Below, in pieces: positions 8,675 to 18,229 of a stretch of DNA of 64,000 bases. The translations under genes were made by a program, and so were the position numbers. The stretch is taken from assembly GCA_002709075.1 (NCBI GenBank), contig PAPV01000013.1, positions 169,693 to 233,692 on the forward strand. The letters run 5' to 3'. The number at the start of each line of letters is the position of its first letter. Position 1 is the stretch's first letter. The notes beneath the pieces were generated by a model. The model was not told the DNA's origin, searched no databases, and saw only the letters and a list, made by a program, of their open reading frames with translations. The DNA is from Rhodospirillaceae bacterium (GTDB taxonomy: Bacteria > Pseudomonadota > Alphaproteobacteria > MPNO01 > UBA2964).

Positions 8675-9241
8675 TTATTCCTTTGCTCTTTCAACGTATG
8701 AGCAGTCACTTGTGCTAACGACAATTTTTGTTCCCGTCTCTACATGGGGTGGCACCATAACCCTGATACCATTCTCTAGGATGGCTGGTTTATAAGATGA
8801 AGACGCAGTTTGACCTTTCACCACAGCATCCGCTTCTGCTACTGTTAAAATAACCGAGGCCGGAGGTGAGAAACTGACCACGGTGCCTTCAACTGTATCA
8901 ACTGATACTTCCATTCCATCATTTATAAAAGGCTTAGCTTCTCCTGCCATATCCAGATTCACTGTAAACTGTTCATAGGTTTCTGTGTCCATTAAGGTTA
9001 CTAAATCATCTTCTATAAAAAGCACGGTGCAAGTTTTTTCCTCTGTCATAAGTTTTTCGACAGTTTCTTGTGTTCTAAATCTCACATTGGTTTTAATTCC
9101 CGTACTCACGTCACGCATATCAATCGCTATGAAAGCATTGCCTTTACCTGGTAAAATAAGATCATATTTTAAAACACTGTAGCGCTTTCCTTCGTGCTCA
9201 ATTACATGATTAGGGCGAAGACTGTTCGCATTTACTTTCAT
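8675..9241 (-). CDS. efp: Elongation factor P
   Basis: 188 aa; full-length EF-P similarity; modification loop LPGKGNA carrying the conserved lysine. Confidence 0.95.
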   Translation of the reverse strand: MKVNANSLRPNHVIEHEGKRYSVLKYDLILPGKGNAFIAIDMRDVSTGIKTNVRFRTQETVEKLMTEEKTCTVLFIEDDLVTLMDTETYEQFTVNLDMAGEAKPFINDGMEVSVDTVEGTVVSFSPPASVILTVAEADAVVKGQTASSSYKPAILENGIRVMVPPHVETGTKIVVSTSDCSYVERAKE

Positions 9242-9285
9242 TTGAATTTTTCCGAATTTACTTTGGTCAAATCATAGCATTACCG

Positions 9286-10362
9286 TCAATTTGGTTCAAT
9301 CTCATCGAAATATTTGTGTTTTTTGCCTGAAATATCCTCTGCAATCCACTCTCCTTCAGATTTGGATTCTATCCAACAGTGTCCGGCTGGAACTTTTCCA
9401 TGTCCACCTGGAATATCAAGCACATAAACCGGTTGCGCAATACCTGATAATCGGCGACGCAACCATTTCATTAATTTACGACCGCTGGACAATGTGGTTC
9501 TAAAATGTGAAGTACCCTTTGCCAAATCGCCGTGGTGCAGGTAATAGGGTTTAACACGATTTTCAATAAGGGTTCGAAAAAGATTTTCTAAATCTTTTGG
9601 TGTATCGTTAACACCTTTCAGTAACACAGTTTGGCTAAGCATCGGGATTCCATTATCAATAAGTTTTGCGATGGCAACACTTGCTTTTGAGTCTAATTCA
9701 TCAGCGTGATTGGAATGCAGAACAAGCCAGATGGGTTTTTTAGTTTTCAATGCATTTATCATTTCGTTATCAATACGAATGGGATCGAGTGCAGGAACTC
9801 GACTATGAATGCGTATCGTTCGCACATGTGGAATCTTATTAAGCCGAATTAGTATTTTTGACAGACGGGAAGGAGATAGAATCAAAGGGTCTCCCCCTGT
9901 GAGTATCACCTCCCAAATATCAGGATTTTCTTCAATATAGGAAAAAGCGGTATTGAGTTTTTCATCTGTTAACAAACCGTCTCCAACACTATGCCTTCTA
10001 AAGCAAAACCGGCAATATACCGGACAAGCGAGAACTGGCATTAGTAAAACTCTGTCGGGATATCTATGAATGATTCCGGATACTGGTGAGTGTTTGCGAT
10101 CGCCGATGGGATCTGGAAACTCATTTTCCATTAAGGTGTTTTCTGACGGGTTTGGTACAAACTGCCTTATCAGTGGGTCGTTTGTATTTCGTCCTTGTAG
10201 ACGCGATGCTAAATAGGCTGGGATGCCAATTGGCAGTGCTAGTGCTGCTTCGGTACAAGCAGGCTCGTCAGCCTTTTTAATTAGGTCAGCTGTAAGCAGA
10301 CCATTAGTGTTGGCAATTCGTTTCCTACGCCTACTATGGACAATATTTCTTACAATGCTCAT
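9286..10362 (-). CDS. epmB: EF-P beta-lysylation protein, lysine 2,3-aminomutase family (radical SAM)
   Basis: CPVYCRFCFRR radical-SAM KamA-type cysteine motif; adjacent to efp. Confidence 0.85.
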   Translation of the reverse strand: MSIVRNIVHSRRRKRIANTNGLLTADLIKKADEPACTEAALALPIGIPAYLASRLQGRNTNDPLIRQFVPNPSENTLMENEFPDPIGDRKHSPVSGIIHRYPDRVLLMPVLACPVYCRFCFRRHSVGDGLLTDEKLNTAFSYIEENPDIWEVILTGGDPLILSPSRLSKILIRLNKIPHVRTIRIHSRVPALDPIRIDNEMINALKTKKPIWLVLHSNHADELDSKASVAIAKLIDNGIPMLSQTVLLKGVNDTPKDLENLFRTLIENRVKPYYLHHGDLAKGTSHFRTTLSSGRKLMKWLRRRLSGIAQPVYVLDIPGGHGKVPAGHCWIESKSEGEWIAEDISGKKHKYFDEIEPN

Positions 10363-10394
10363 TTTATGCTATTCGAAGTTATTGGAACTAAGTT

Positions 10395-11459
10395 ATGAAT
10401 GACAGCAACCAAAAATTAGCGCAATCCCCTTGGTGGGATAGCGACTTAGTTGCCCACAAGCTTTCTGGTCTGAAGAACCGAAATATTATTTCTGCAGCAT
10501 TGCGTGAATGGTTTATAGAACATGAATTTACTGAAGTGGAAACTTCTTATTTACAGCTATCCCCGGGTCTTGAACCTCACCTGACTGCATTTGAAACTAA
10601 ATTTATAGAGCCATTTGAGGAAGATGGTAAAACTTTGTTTCTCCACACTTCGCCTGAATATGCGATGAAAAAGCTTCTGGTTGGTGGAATGGATAAAATA
10701 TTTCAGTTTGCACGTTGTTTTCGAAATTGTGAACGCTCGGCTATACATCATCCAGAATTTACAATGTTAGAATGGTATCAGACGTCTGAGAGTTTTTTGG
10801 AGGGTGCCCTGAGCGCAGAAAAATTGATTAAAATAGCAGCTAACACTGTAGGTGTTGATACTATTCAACGAAATGAAAAAAATTGTGATTTAACAAAGGA
10901 ATTCTGCTGGTTGACCGTTCAACATGCATTTGACTTATATGCAGCTATTGATTTGCGCGCGACTCTTGAAGATCCTCTATACCCTAATGCTGTTTTGTTC
11001 GAACGTTTGGCTGTTGAGGCAGGAGTGAGGGTTGCAGAGGATGATGATTGGACTGCAATTTTTGATAGAATTTTTTTGGAAAAAATTGAACCAAATCTTG
11101 GATTAGAAGTTCCCACAATCCTATACAATTGGCCTCTCCCTTTGGCCGCTTTGGCTAAACCGTTGAAACATGATTACTGTTTTTGCGAACGGTTTGAAAT
11201 TTATGTGGCGGGAATTGAACTTGCCAATGGCTTCGGAGAGCTAACAGATGCCAGGGAGCAGCGACGTCGTTTTGAAGCCGAACAAAATATTAAACGTAAG
11301 ATGGCCATTAAACCATACCCAATAGATGAAGAATTCCTAACAGCACTTGAAATCGGTTTGCCGGAGTCCGCTGGAGTAGCTATGGGTTTTGATCGTTTGG
11401 TAATGCTATTAACAGGAGCAGAAGAAATTCAAGATGTAATATGGTGCCCAATGAAGTAA
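10395..11459 (+). CDS. epmA: EF-P--(R)-beta-lysine ligase (LysRS class II paralog GenX/PoxA)
   Basis: Class II aaRS catalytic-core motifs (FRNCERSAIHHPEFTMLEWY; GFGELTDAREQRRRFE), no anticodon-binding domain, divergent from epmB-efp. Confidence 0.85.
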   Translation: MNDSNQKLAQSPWWDSDLVAHKLSGLKNRNIISAALREWFIEHEFTEVETSYLQLSPGLEPHLTAFETKFIEPFEEDGKTLFLHTSPEYAMKKLLVGGMDKIFQFARCFRNCERSAIHHPEFTMLEWYQTSESFLEGALSAEKLIKIAANTVGVDTIQRNEKNCDLTKEFCWLTVQHAFDLYAAIDLRATLEDPLYPNAVLFERLAVEAGVRVAEDDDWTAIFDRIFLEKIEPNLGLEVPTILYNWPLPLAALAKPLKHDYCFCERFEIYVAGIELANGFGELTDAREQRRRFEAEQNIKRKMAIKPYPIDEEFLTALEIGLPESAGVAMGFDRLVMLLTGAEEIQDVIWCPMK

Positions 11460-11512
11460 ATTGTCATGATATATTTTTTTAAAAATATAAACGGGTTATT
11501 ATAGTCTAGAGA

Positions 11513-12160
11513 TTAGCCGACAAGAATGTTGTTAAATATTTTAACCGCTGCCTCTGGTCCATCTTTGTATCCCCAGACCCCATTGGAAACAGCTATGAAA
11601 TCTGCGCCCGCTCTGATAATGGTTTCACAATTCTTTACTGTAATTCCGCCAATGGCTACGCACGGGACAGTGGTTGTTTCAGACCAGTCGGTCAGGATGT
11701 TTATTTTAGGTGTAAACCTACGAACTTTGGTTGAACTCTTAAAAAAAGCACCAAATGCAACATAATCTGCCCCCGCTTCGCTTGCTTGCATCGCTAAGTG
11801 AGTGGAATCATGACAAGTCACCCCTACAATTGCATGATCCCCAACCATTTTGCGAGCTTTTTCATAAGGCATATCCGATTGACCTATGTGAATGCCGTCG
11901 CAACCAAATTCAGCCGCAATTTTAACATTATCATTTAGAATGAAGGCAACATCATACTTTTGAACCAATGGCATCAGCTTCTCAGTTGTTCTACGAAGTG
12001 CGTCGTCGGAGTCCTTGAGTCGCAATTGAACGCAAGCGATATCCCCTGCGTTAAGAGTTGCTTCAAGGATTTCAGAAAATTTTTTCGTTGCTTTCCCTCC
12101 GATGTCAGGCGGAGTAATAAGATAAAGTCGGCATGGATAGAGCTTTTCTTTTTTTGTCAT
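11513..12160 (-). CDS. thiE: Thiamine-phosphate synthase
   Basis: 215 aa; LYLITP N-terminal motif and GADYVAFGAFF...GG TIM-barrel phosphate-binding motifs of ThiE. Confidence 0.85.
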   Translation of the reverse strand: MTKKEKLYPCRLYLITPPDIGGKATKKFSEILEATLNAGDIACVQLRLKDSDDALRRTTEKLMPLVQKYDVAFILNDNVKIAAEFGCDGIHIGQSDMPYEKARKMVGDHAIVGVTCHDSTHLAMQASEAGADYVAFGAFFKSSTKVRRFTPKINILTDWSETTTVPCVAIGGITVKNCETIIRAGADFIAVSNGVWGYKDGPEAAVKIFNNILVG

Positions 12161-12181
12161 TAAAATCTTTGCAAATATTAT

Positions 12182-13102
12182 TTACATTTTGCCACTATAA
12201 ATTTTAATAATGTTATTCAGCATATCGAGCGCGTCTTCACGTTTGCGTTGAAAGGTGTTTCTTCCAATTATTGAGCCATTTCCACCTCCATCGCGAATGG
12301 CTCGAACTTCATCATATATACCTTCCAAATCTTTGGCTTCGCCACCGGAAAAAACGACAATCCGCCTTCCGGCAAAGCAACTTTGTACGACATGATTAAT
12401 TCTAGATTTTAAGATTGCAACATCAATTTTTTGTGAATTATATACTTTTGATGCTGCATCTAAAAACATAAATTCTGTGGGTGGTTTTACTTTAATAATG
12501 TGAGCGCCAAGTAACGCGGCCATATGGGCTGCATAAGCGCAGACATCCATTGCCGTCTCGCCCTCCCGAGTTACGATCCCACCACGGGGGTAAGACCATA
12601 TAACAACCGCCAGTCCGCATGACTTAGCTTCCTCAGCCAGTTCACGTATTTCTTCAATAAGTGCATATTGATCCTCTGACCCAGGGTAAATAGTGAAACC
12701 AATTGCTGCGCAACCCAAACGCAGCGCATCTCCAACGCTGGCCGTGACCGCTTGATCCTTGTTAGTAGATAGGGAGTTAGCACTGTTGCACTTTAATATT
12801 GTTGGGACTGCGCCAGCAAAAGTGTCGGCGCCTGCCTCTAATAATCCCAGTGGGGCTGCAAATGCGGACAATCCTGCGTCAACAGCAAGTTGATAATGAT
12901 AATGTGGGTCATATCCCGCTGGATTAGGAGCAAAACTTCTTGCCGGCCCGTGCTCGAATCCTTGATCAACCGGTAAAATTACTAACTTACCCGAACCGCC
13001 TAAACGGCCGTGCATTAGAATACGGGCAAGGTTTCCTTTCGTTCCTGGGTTATCCGCTTCATACCCAACGAGAATTTTTTTTACTTTTTGTGTGATCTTC
13101 AT
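12182..13102 (-). CDS. fbaB: Class I fructose-bisphosphate aldolase (DhnA/FbaB archaeal type)
   Basis: ILPVDQGFEHGP motif and overall DhnA-family similarity (Schiff-base Lys-containing KVK region). Confidence 0.75.
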   Translation of the reverse strand: MKITQKVKKILVGYEADNPGTKGNLARILMHGRLGGSGKLVILPVDQGFEHGPARSFAPNPAGYDPHYHYQLAVDAGLSAFAAPLGLLEAGADTFAGAVPTILKCNSANSLSTNKDQAVTASVGDALRLGCAAIGFTIYPGSEDQYALIEEIRELAEEAKSCGLAVVIWSYPRGGIVTREGETAMDVCAYAAHMAALLGAHIIKVKPPTEFMFLDAASKVYNSQKIDVAILKSRINHVVQSCFAGRRIVVFSGGEAKDLEGIYDEVRAIRDGGGNGSIIGRNTFQRKREDALDMLNNIIKIYSGKM

Positions 13103-13196
13103 CCGTTTCTCCCAATCAATCTTAACAGACTAATTTTGCCTATCATTAAATCACTATTTTGCAATACAACCTGTTTAAAGTATGTTCCTTTAAGGC

Positions 13197-13622
13197 TCAA
13201 CTGATTCCAAACCAAATACGACAGTCATCTTCAGGACTTGAACTGAAAGTAAGATTTAATGTCTTCGGTACATGCCTAAAAAGAGCAACATTCTCTTCTG
13301 CGGCAATCTGCTGAATTTTATTTTCGACTGATGAATTTGCTGTCAAAGCGATTGCTTTGACACCCGATCTTATTGCCGCCAAAGCATCACCTGGTGCTGC
13401 TCCACAGTCTAATACAGCTTGAAGGGTTAGTTCTGGGAACTCCATGTTAATTTGATATGATAACTCCAAAAACCACAATGGCCCCATGTGAGCACTAGCA
13501 CCCCGTGCACTCCATATTGTTGCATTGTGCCCGTAACCAACTGCAGCTCGGCATACCGCGCGAGCGTCTCCAATGCCGTGTATAACAACAGGGCGGTTTG
13601 TGTTAAGTATACGGTAAGTCAT
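13197..13622 (-). CDS. Hypothetical protein (141 aa)
   Basis: ORF with codon usage consistent with neighbours; no family recognised. Confidence 0.4.
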   Translation of the reverse strand: MTYRILNTNRPVVIHGIGDARAVCRAAVGYGHNATIWSARGASAHMGPLWFLELSYQINMEFPELTLQAVLDCGAAPGDALAAIRSGVKAIALTANSSVENKIQQIAAEENVALFRHVPKTLNLTFSSSPEDDCRIWFGIS

Positions 13623-13854
13623 GAATTCGACTTTTTAAATTGTATATAACTATATCTATAGAACCAAATAGCACTTTTCTCAAATATCAGATGGCATAAA
13701 AGATTTAAAATGACTGGAATATTAGTCTACGTGATGCTTTAGAACAGTTGTCTATCCGATTGAATTTGATAAAAATATTATGATCTTTGTTGACCTGAGG
13801 GGCGTAGCAAGCTTATCTTAAAGGTCAATTTTTCTTGACCTTATTTGCTTTCTG

Positions 13855-14091
13855 ATGAGAGGCATAACCATTTCTAGCTTAAACGAAACACAAGATAGAT
13901 TACATAGGGCTCTGGACACACTTGAGGAGGCAGTTGAGAGAATCGTTTCAGGTACCGGTTCCGAGGAGTTGCGTAAAGAGCTTCACGAGATTCGTAATCG
14001 CTGTGAGTTTCTTGAGGAGAGACACTCTAAGATTTCTACTCAACTCGATCAAGTCATAGGACGGATGCATAAGATACTGAGGATGGAGTAA
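13855..14091 (+). CDS. DUF4164-like small coiled-coil protein
   Basis: 78-aa coiled-coil ORF, TAATG-overlapped with zapA. This is the conserved alphaproteobacterial position of DUF4164 upstream of zapA. Confidence 0.55.
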   Translation: MRGITISSLNETQDRLHRALDTLEEAVERIVSGTGSEELRKELHEIRNRCEFLEERHSKISTQLDQVIGRMHKILRME

Positions 14092-14402
14092 TGCCCCAAG
14101 TTGAGGTAACAATAAATAATCGGATTTATCAGATTGCTTGTGATGAAGGACAAGATGAACATTTAAAACGTCTGGCGGAATATGTAGACAAGCGAGTGCA
14201 GGAACTTGTTTCTGCTTTAGGCCAAGTTGGGGACTCCAGACTAATTGTAATGGCAAGTCTGTTAATTGCTGATGAATTATCTGAAACATACGCAAAACTT
14301 CAAAACGCTGCCAGCATAAAAACTGAAGATGCTGTTATTAATGTGACTGAATTAGCTGCACAACGAATCGAACATATTGCAGCTAAGCTAGAAGCCGTTT
14401 AA
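14091..14402 (+). CDS. zapA: Cell division protein ZapA
   Basis: 103 aa; V.V.I..R.Y.I.CDEGQ.EHL...A..VD ZapA N-terminal signature. Confidence 0.8.
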   Translation: MPQVEVTINNRIYQIACDEGQDEHLKRLAEYVDKRVQELVSALGQVGDSRLIVMASLLIADELSETYAKLQNAASIKTEDAVINVTELAAQRIEHIAAKLEAV

Positions 14403-14409
14403 CTTAACC

Positions 14410-14575
14410 TTGGGTGTGGCTGCGTGACACGCGAGAGGTATTAATCTCCGGGGCCTAACAACACCTAACGGGAGCCGTCTCTGTCGGAATCTTGGTTTCG
14501 TTATATGGCGCCCACCTGCGAAAGCGGGCCTAGGTGGATTGTAAATCGGACGTTCTTGTGGCTACGCCTTTTTTT
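14410..14575 (+). ncRNA. ssrS: 6S RNA (SsrS) candidate
   Basis: 238-nt GC-rich structured intergenic region between zapA and the 5-formyltetrahydrofolate cyclo-ligase gene. This is the conserved 6S RNA locus in alphaproteobacteria and E. coli. It contains internal stem CCACCTGCG-AAAG-CGGGCCTAGGTGG and ends in a T-run. Boundaries approximate. Confidence 0.45.
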
Positions 14576-14640
14576 ATTGATTTAAAAATATTTATCTGGG
14601 CAAAAAAATTCAAGTTCATTGTAGTATTAACAACGCTAAA

Positions 14641-15219
14641 ATGCAGCTTTCCAAACGGATGCGGCAAGTTCGCCGTCGGGCGTACAAAAGCCTTGGTTCC
14701 GTTCAAGGAAAATTAATTTCTGAAAAGTTTGATGAAGCGCTTCAAAAAGGTTTATCAATACAATCTGGTGATATTGTGGCAGGCTTTTGGCCAATTAAGG
14801 ATGAAATTGATATCAGATATCTTTTAAAATCATTGTGCGAAAAGAGAATTGAAGTTTGTCTTCCGATTGTTGGTAAGCAAAGGACTTCGATGGCGTTCAG
14901 GCTTTGGAAACCAGGAGATCAGCTTGAAGTTGGCAAAATGGGATTATTGCAGCCAAGTCGAAAAAGACGGTTGGTAGAACCAGAGACTCTTATTGTTCCC
15001 ACGCTGGCCTATGACCAATTAGGTAGAAGGCTGGGGTACGGAGGTGGATACTATGATGCAACACTGTCTGAACTTCGTAGTCGTCGATCTGTTACGGCTG
15101 TCGGAGTAGCATTTGAAGCCCAGCAGGTTCCTGTTGTGCCGAATGATTCTAGTGATGAAACTCTGGACTGGATAATAACAGAAAAGGAGGCAAAAGTTAT
15201 TAATATGGGGCTTGAGTAG
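14641..15219 (+). CDS. 5-formyltetrahydrofolate cyclo-ligase
   Basis: 192 aa; LAYDQLGRRLGYGGGYYDATL C-terminal signature of MTHFS/YgfA. Confidence 0.85.
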   Translation: MQLSKRMRQVRRRAYKSLGSVQGKLISEKFDEALQKGLSIQSGDIVAGFWPIKDEIDIRYLLKSLCEKRIEVCLPIVGKQRTSMAFRLWKPGDQLEVGKMGLLQPSRKRRLVEPETLIVPTLAYDQLGRRLGYGGGYYDATLSELRSRRSVTAVGVAFEAQQVPVVPNDSSDETLDWIITEKEAKVINMGLE

Positions 15220-15220
15220 C

Positions 15221-16045
15221 ATGAGAATTTTAATGTGTGGAGACGTTGTAGGGCGTCCTGGTCGGAGGGTTATCTGTGACACTTTGTCTCGTCTCAGAGA
15301 TGAGTTGCAATTAGATTTTATAATTGTGAATGGAGAAAATGCGGCCGGCGGATTTGGGATAACTCCAAAAATCTGTCAGCAATTTTTGGATGCTGGTGCC
15401 GATGTGATTACTACCGGTAATCATGTTTGGGATCAGAGAGATATTCGGCCGCATTTTGCAAATGAGAGGCGTTTATTACGACCTCATAATTATCCTGAAA
15501 CAGATCCAGGAGGAGGAGTTGAGGTTTTTAAAACGCAACATAATCACAGTATTCTAGTTCTTCATTTTATGGCTGTTCTTTTTATGACCCCGCTGAGTGA
15601 TCCGTTCGCAGGAATCGAGAAGGAATTATTGAACTGGCGTTTATCTTCGTCAGTTGATGCAATAATTTTAGACTTTCATGGAGAAGCAACGAGCGAAAAA
15701 ATGGCAATGGGGCACATGTTGGATGGCCGGGTCTCTGCAGTTGTTGGAACGCACAGTCATGTGCCAACAGCGGATGCTCAGATTCTGCCAAAAGGGACCG
15801 CTTATATTAGCGATGTAGGAATGTGTGGTGATTACAATTCCGTTATAGGAATGAAGAAAGATGCCTCAATCGGTAGGTTTCGAAAACAAGTTCCTGTGTC
15901 CAAATTAGAGGTGGCGCTTGGTGAAGCGACTTTGTGTGCAGTTTTGATCGAAACAAATGATAAAACTGGATTAGCAAAAAGGGTGGCGCCGGTAAGAATC
16001 GGAGGAAGACTGGCACCCGAGATGCCGAATTGGGCAAAATCTTAA
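15221..16045 (+). CDS. YmdB-like metallophosphoesterase (TIGR00282 family)
   Basis: MRILMCGDVVGRPGRR...VNGENAAGGFGIT N-terminal motif; start taken at ATG 15221 after upstream stop (ORF track TTG 15212). Confidence 0.8.
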   Translation: MRILMCGDVVGRPGRRVICDTLSRLRDELQLDFIIVNGENAAGGFGITPKICQQFLDAGADVITTGNHVWDQRDIRPHFANERRLLRPHNYPETDPGGGVEVFKTQHNHSILVLHFMAVLFMTPLSDPFAGIEKELLNWRLSSSVDAIILDFHGEATSEKMAMGHMLDGRVSAVVGTHSHVPTADAQILPKGTAYISDVGMCGDYNSVIGMKKDASIGRFRKQVPVSKLEVALGEATLCAVLIETNDKTGLAKRVAPVRIGGRLAPEMPNWAKS

Positions 16046-16354
16046 TTTATGCAGAATAGAAATTCATCCGAAATTATGTCGTCACATATCAAAACTGTAC
16101 CATGCATAACTAATAATTCCGATTTCATCACCCTTATTATTTGATGGTCCTTGAACAATTTTAGTAACTATATTTTTTGTTTTAAGGAAAATTTTTTAAG
16201 GAATTTAAAATTTTAACCCTATTTCTGCCACATTTGTCTTTTCAATTTCGTTTTTAATTGAATGGAATTATCAAAACATGGAGAAAATGCAGTATGCTTC
16301 ACAGGACCACATGTGGTACAAAAAGTATATTGAATAACAAATTGTAGAAACATC

Positions 16355-17104
16355 ATGGCGGGTCATTCGAAATTTAAAAATATTATGCACCGCAAGGGCG
16401 CGCAAGATGCCAAGCGAGCAAAAATATTTACTCGGTTAATAAGGGAGATACAAGTTGCGGCAAGAATGGGTTTGCCCGATCCGGAAATGAACCCTCGCCT
16501 CAAAAGTGCGGTAGTTGCTGCCAAAGCTGCTAACATGCCTAATGATAACATTGAGAGGGCAATAAAGCGTGCATCAGGTAACGGAGACGAGCAAAATTTT
16601 GAAGAAATTCGTTATGAGGGATATGGTCCAGGTGGGGTTGCAGTAATTGTGGAAGCGCTTACAGATAACCGAAACAGAACAGCAAGCGAGGTCAGGTCAG
16701 CTTTTTCAAAACATGGCGGATCACTAGGTGAAACTAACAGCGTCAGTTATCAGTTCGAACGCATTGGTATGATTACATTAAACGGAAATGCTGGGAATGA
16801 AGATGATATATTTGAGGCAGCTTTTGATGCTGGTGCAGTGGATGTGGAGTCCGGGGATGATATGCATCAGATCACGTGTGTTCCAGAAGACCTACACTCC
16901 GTGCAAGATTTGTTATCGGAGAAATTTGGAGAGTTAGAACAGAGCACTCTCACGTGGAAACCGCAATCTACTGTCTTAGTAGATGAGGAAAACATACAAA
17001 AACTTTTTAAGCTTTTTGAGACCCTCGATGAAAGTGATGATGTTCAGAATATTTCTGCAAACTATGAAGTCGACGATGCAGTTCTCGCACGTCTAACTGC
17101 CTGA
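16355..17104 (+). CDS. yebC: YebC/PmpR family DNA-binding transcriptional regulator
   Basis: [28 protein letters not shown] invariant N-terminus. Confidence 0.95.
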   Translation: MAGHSKFKNIMHRKGAQDAKRAKIFTRLIREIQVAARMGLPDPEMNPRLKSAVVAAKAANMPNDNIERAIKRASGNGDEQNFEEIRYEGYGPGGVAVIVEALTDNRNRTASEVRSAFSKHGGSLGETNSVSYQFERIGMITLNGNAGNEDDIFEAAFDAGAVDVESGDDMHQITCVPEDLHSVQDLLSEKFGELEQSTLTWKPQSTVLVDEENIQKLFKLFETLDESDDVQNISANYEVDDAVLARLTA

Positions 17105-17123
17105 CTATTGAGGGGTAGTATTT

Positions 17124-17627
17124 TTGATTATTATCGGACTTGATCCTGGACTGCGTGCCACCGGATGGGGTGTAATCCTTGTTGAAGGAAATCGAATCTC
17201 GCATTTATCGAATGGAACTATTTCGGTACCGATTAAACCTGGTTTGGGCGAACGCCTTGCATGTCTTCACCGTGGATTGGAAAAGCTAATGCGTGATTAT
17301 ACTCCAGATGAGGCGGCAGTTGAGGAAACTTTCGTAAATCGAAATGCTTCCTCAACACTCAAGTTAGGTCAAGCACGTGGTGTCGTTATGGCGGTTCCAT
17401 CATTGTGTGGCGTACGTGTGTTCGAGTATGCCGCTACTAAAGTAAAACAGTCGTTGGTTGGTTCGGGACATGCCAAGAAGGGGCAGGTTATGGCTATGGT
17501 AAGAACCTTTTTGCCAAGTGCAGTTGTTGAAAAGTCGGATGCAGCAGATGCTCTCGCAGTCGCAATTTGTCATGCACATTTGCGGCAGACAACTCATCGC
17601 ATTTCAATAATGGGTACTGAGCAATGA
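17124..17627 (+). CDS. ruvC: Crossover junction endodeoxyribonuclease RuvC
   Basis: MIIIGLDPGLRATGWGVI start (TTG codon, GAGGGG RBS), catalytic Asp/Glu pattern; ATGA overlap with ruvA. Confidence 0.9.
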   Translation: MIIIGLDPGLRATGWGVILVEGNRISHLSNGTISVPIKPGLGERLACLHRGLEKLMRDYTPDEAAVEETFVNRNASSTLKLGQARGVVMAVPSLCGVRVFEYAATKVKQSLVGSGHAKKGQVMAMVRTFLPSAVVEKSDAADALAVAICHAHLRQTTHRISIMGTEQ

Positions 17628-18229
17628 TAGCAAAACTCTCTGGTGTTGTAGAAGATATTGGGCAGGACGAGGTCATTATTGATGTGAATGGGGTTGGTTA
17701 TCTGGTTTTCTGTTCCTCGCGAACACTTTCCAAACTAACAAAGAGCAAAACTGCCGTAAGCCTTTTCATAGTTACACATGTAAGGGAAGACCATATTCAT
17801 TTGTATGGCTTTGAAGATAAATTAGAAAAAGAGTGGTTCAACTTGTTGACGACAGTGCAGGGTGTGGGGGCAAAGGTTGGCCTTGCCATATTGGGAGTAC
17901 TTTCACCGACGGAAATAGCTAGTAGCCTTATGTTACAGGATAAAGTTGCACTATCGCAGGCACAGGGGGTGGGTTCGCGACTAGCTGAACGAATTATATC
18001 AGAACTTAAAGACAAGTTTAGCGGTATCCCGCTCAATTCGGATATGGATTATTCAGAAACTTCAACATTGAAAAAGGTGGAAATAACTGATGCGGTATCT
18101 GCGTTGGTCAATTTGGGTTACAGGCAAACTGATGCGTTCGTAGCCGTTTCAAAAGTCGTTCATGAATTTGATCCGAAAGTAGGTGTTGAAGAGCTTGTTC
18201 GTGCGGCGTTAAAGGATCTTAGTTCATGA
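17624..18229 (+). CDS. ruvA: Holliday junction branch migration protein RuvA
   Basis: MIAKL.G.V...G...[10 protein letters not shown] start and C-terminal domain III. Confidence 0.9.
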   Translation: MIAKLSGVVEDIGQDEVIIDVNGVGYLVFCSSRTLSKLTKSKTAVSLFIVTHVREDHIHLYGFEDKLEKEWFNLLTTVQGVGAKVGLAILGVLSPTEIASSLMLQDKVALSQAQGVGSRLAERIISELKDKFSGIPLNSDMDYSETSTLKKVEITDAVSALVNLGYRQTDAFVAVSKVVHEFDPKVGVEELVRAALKDLSS

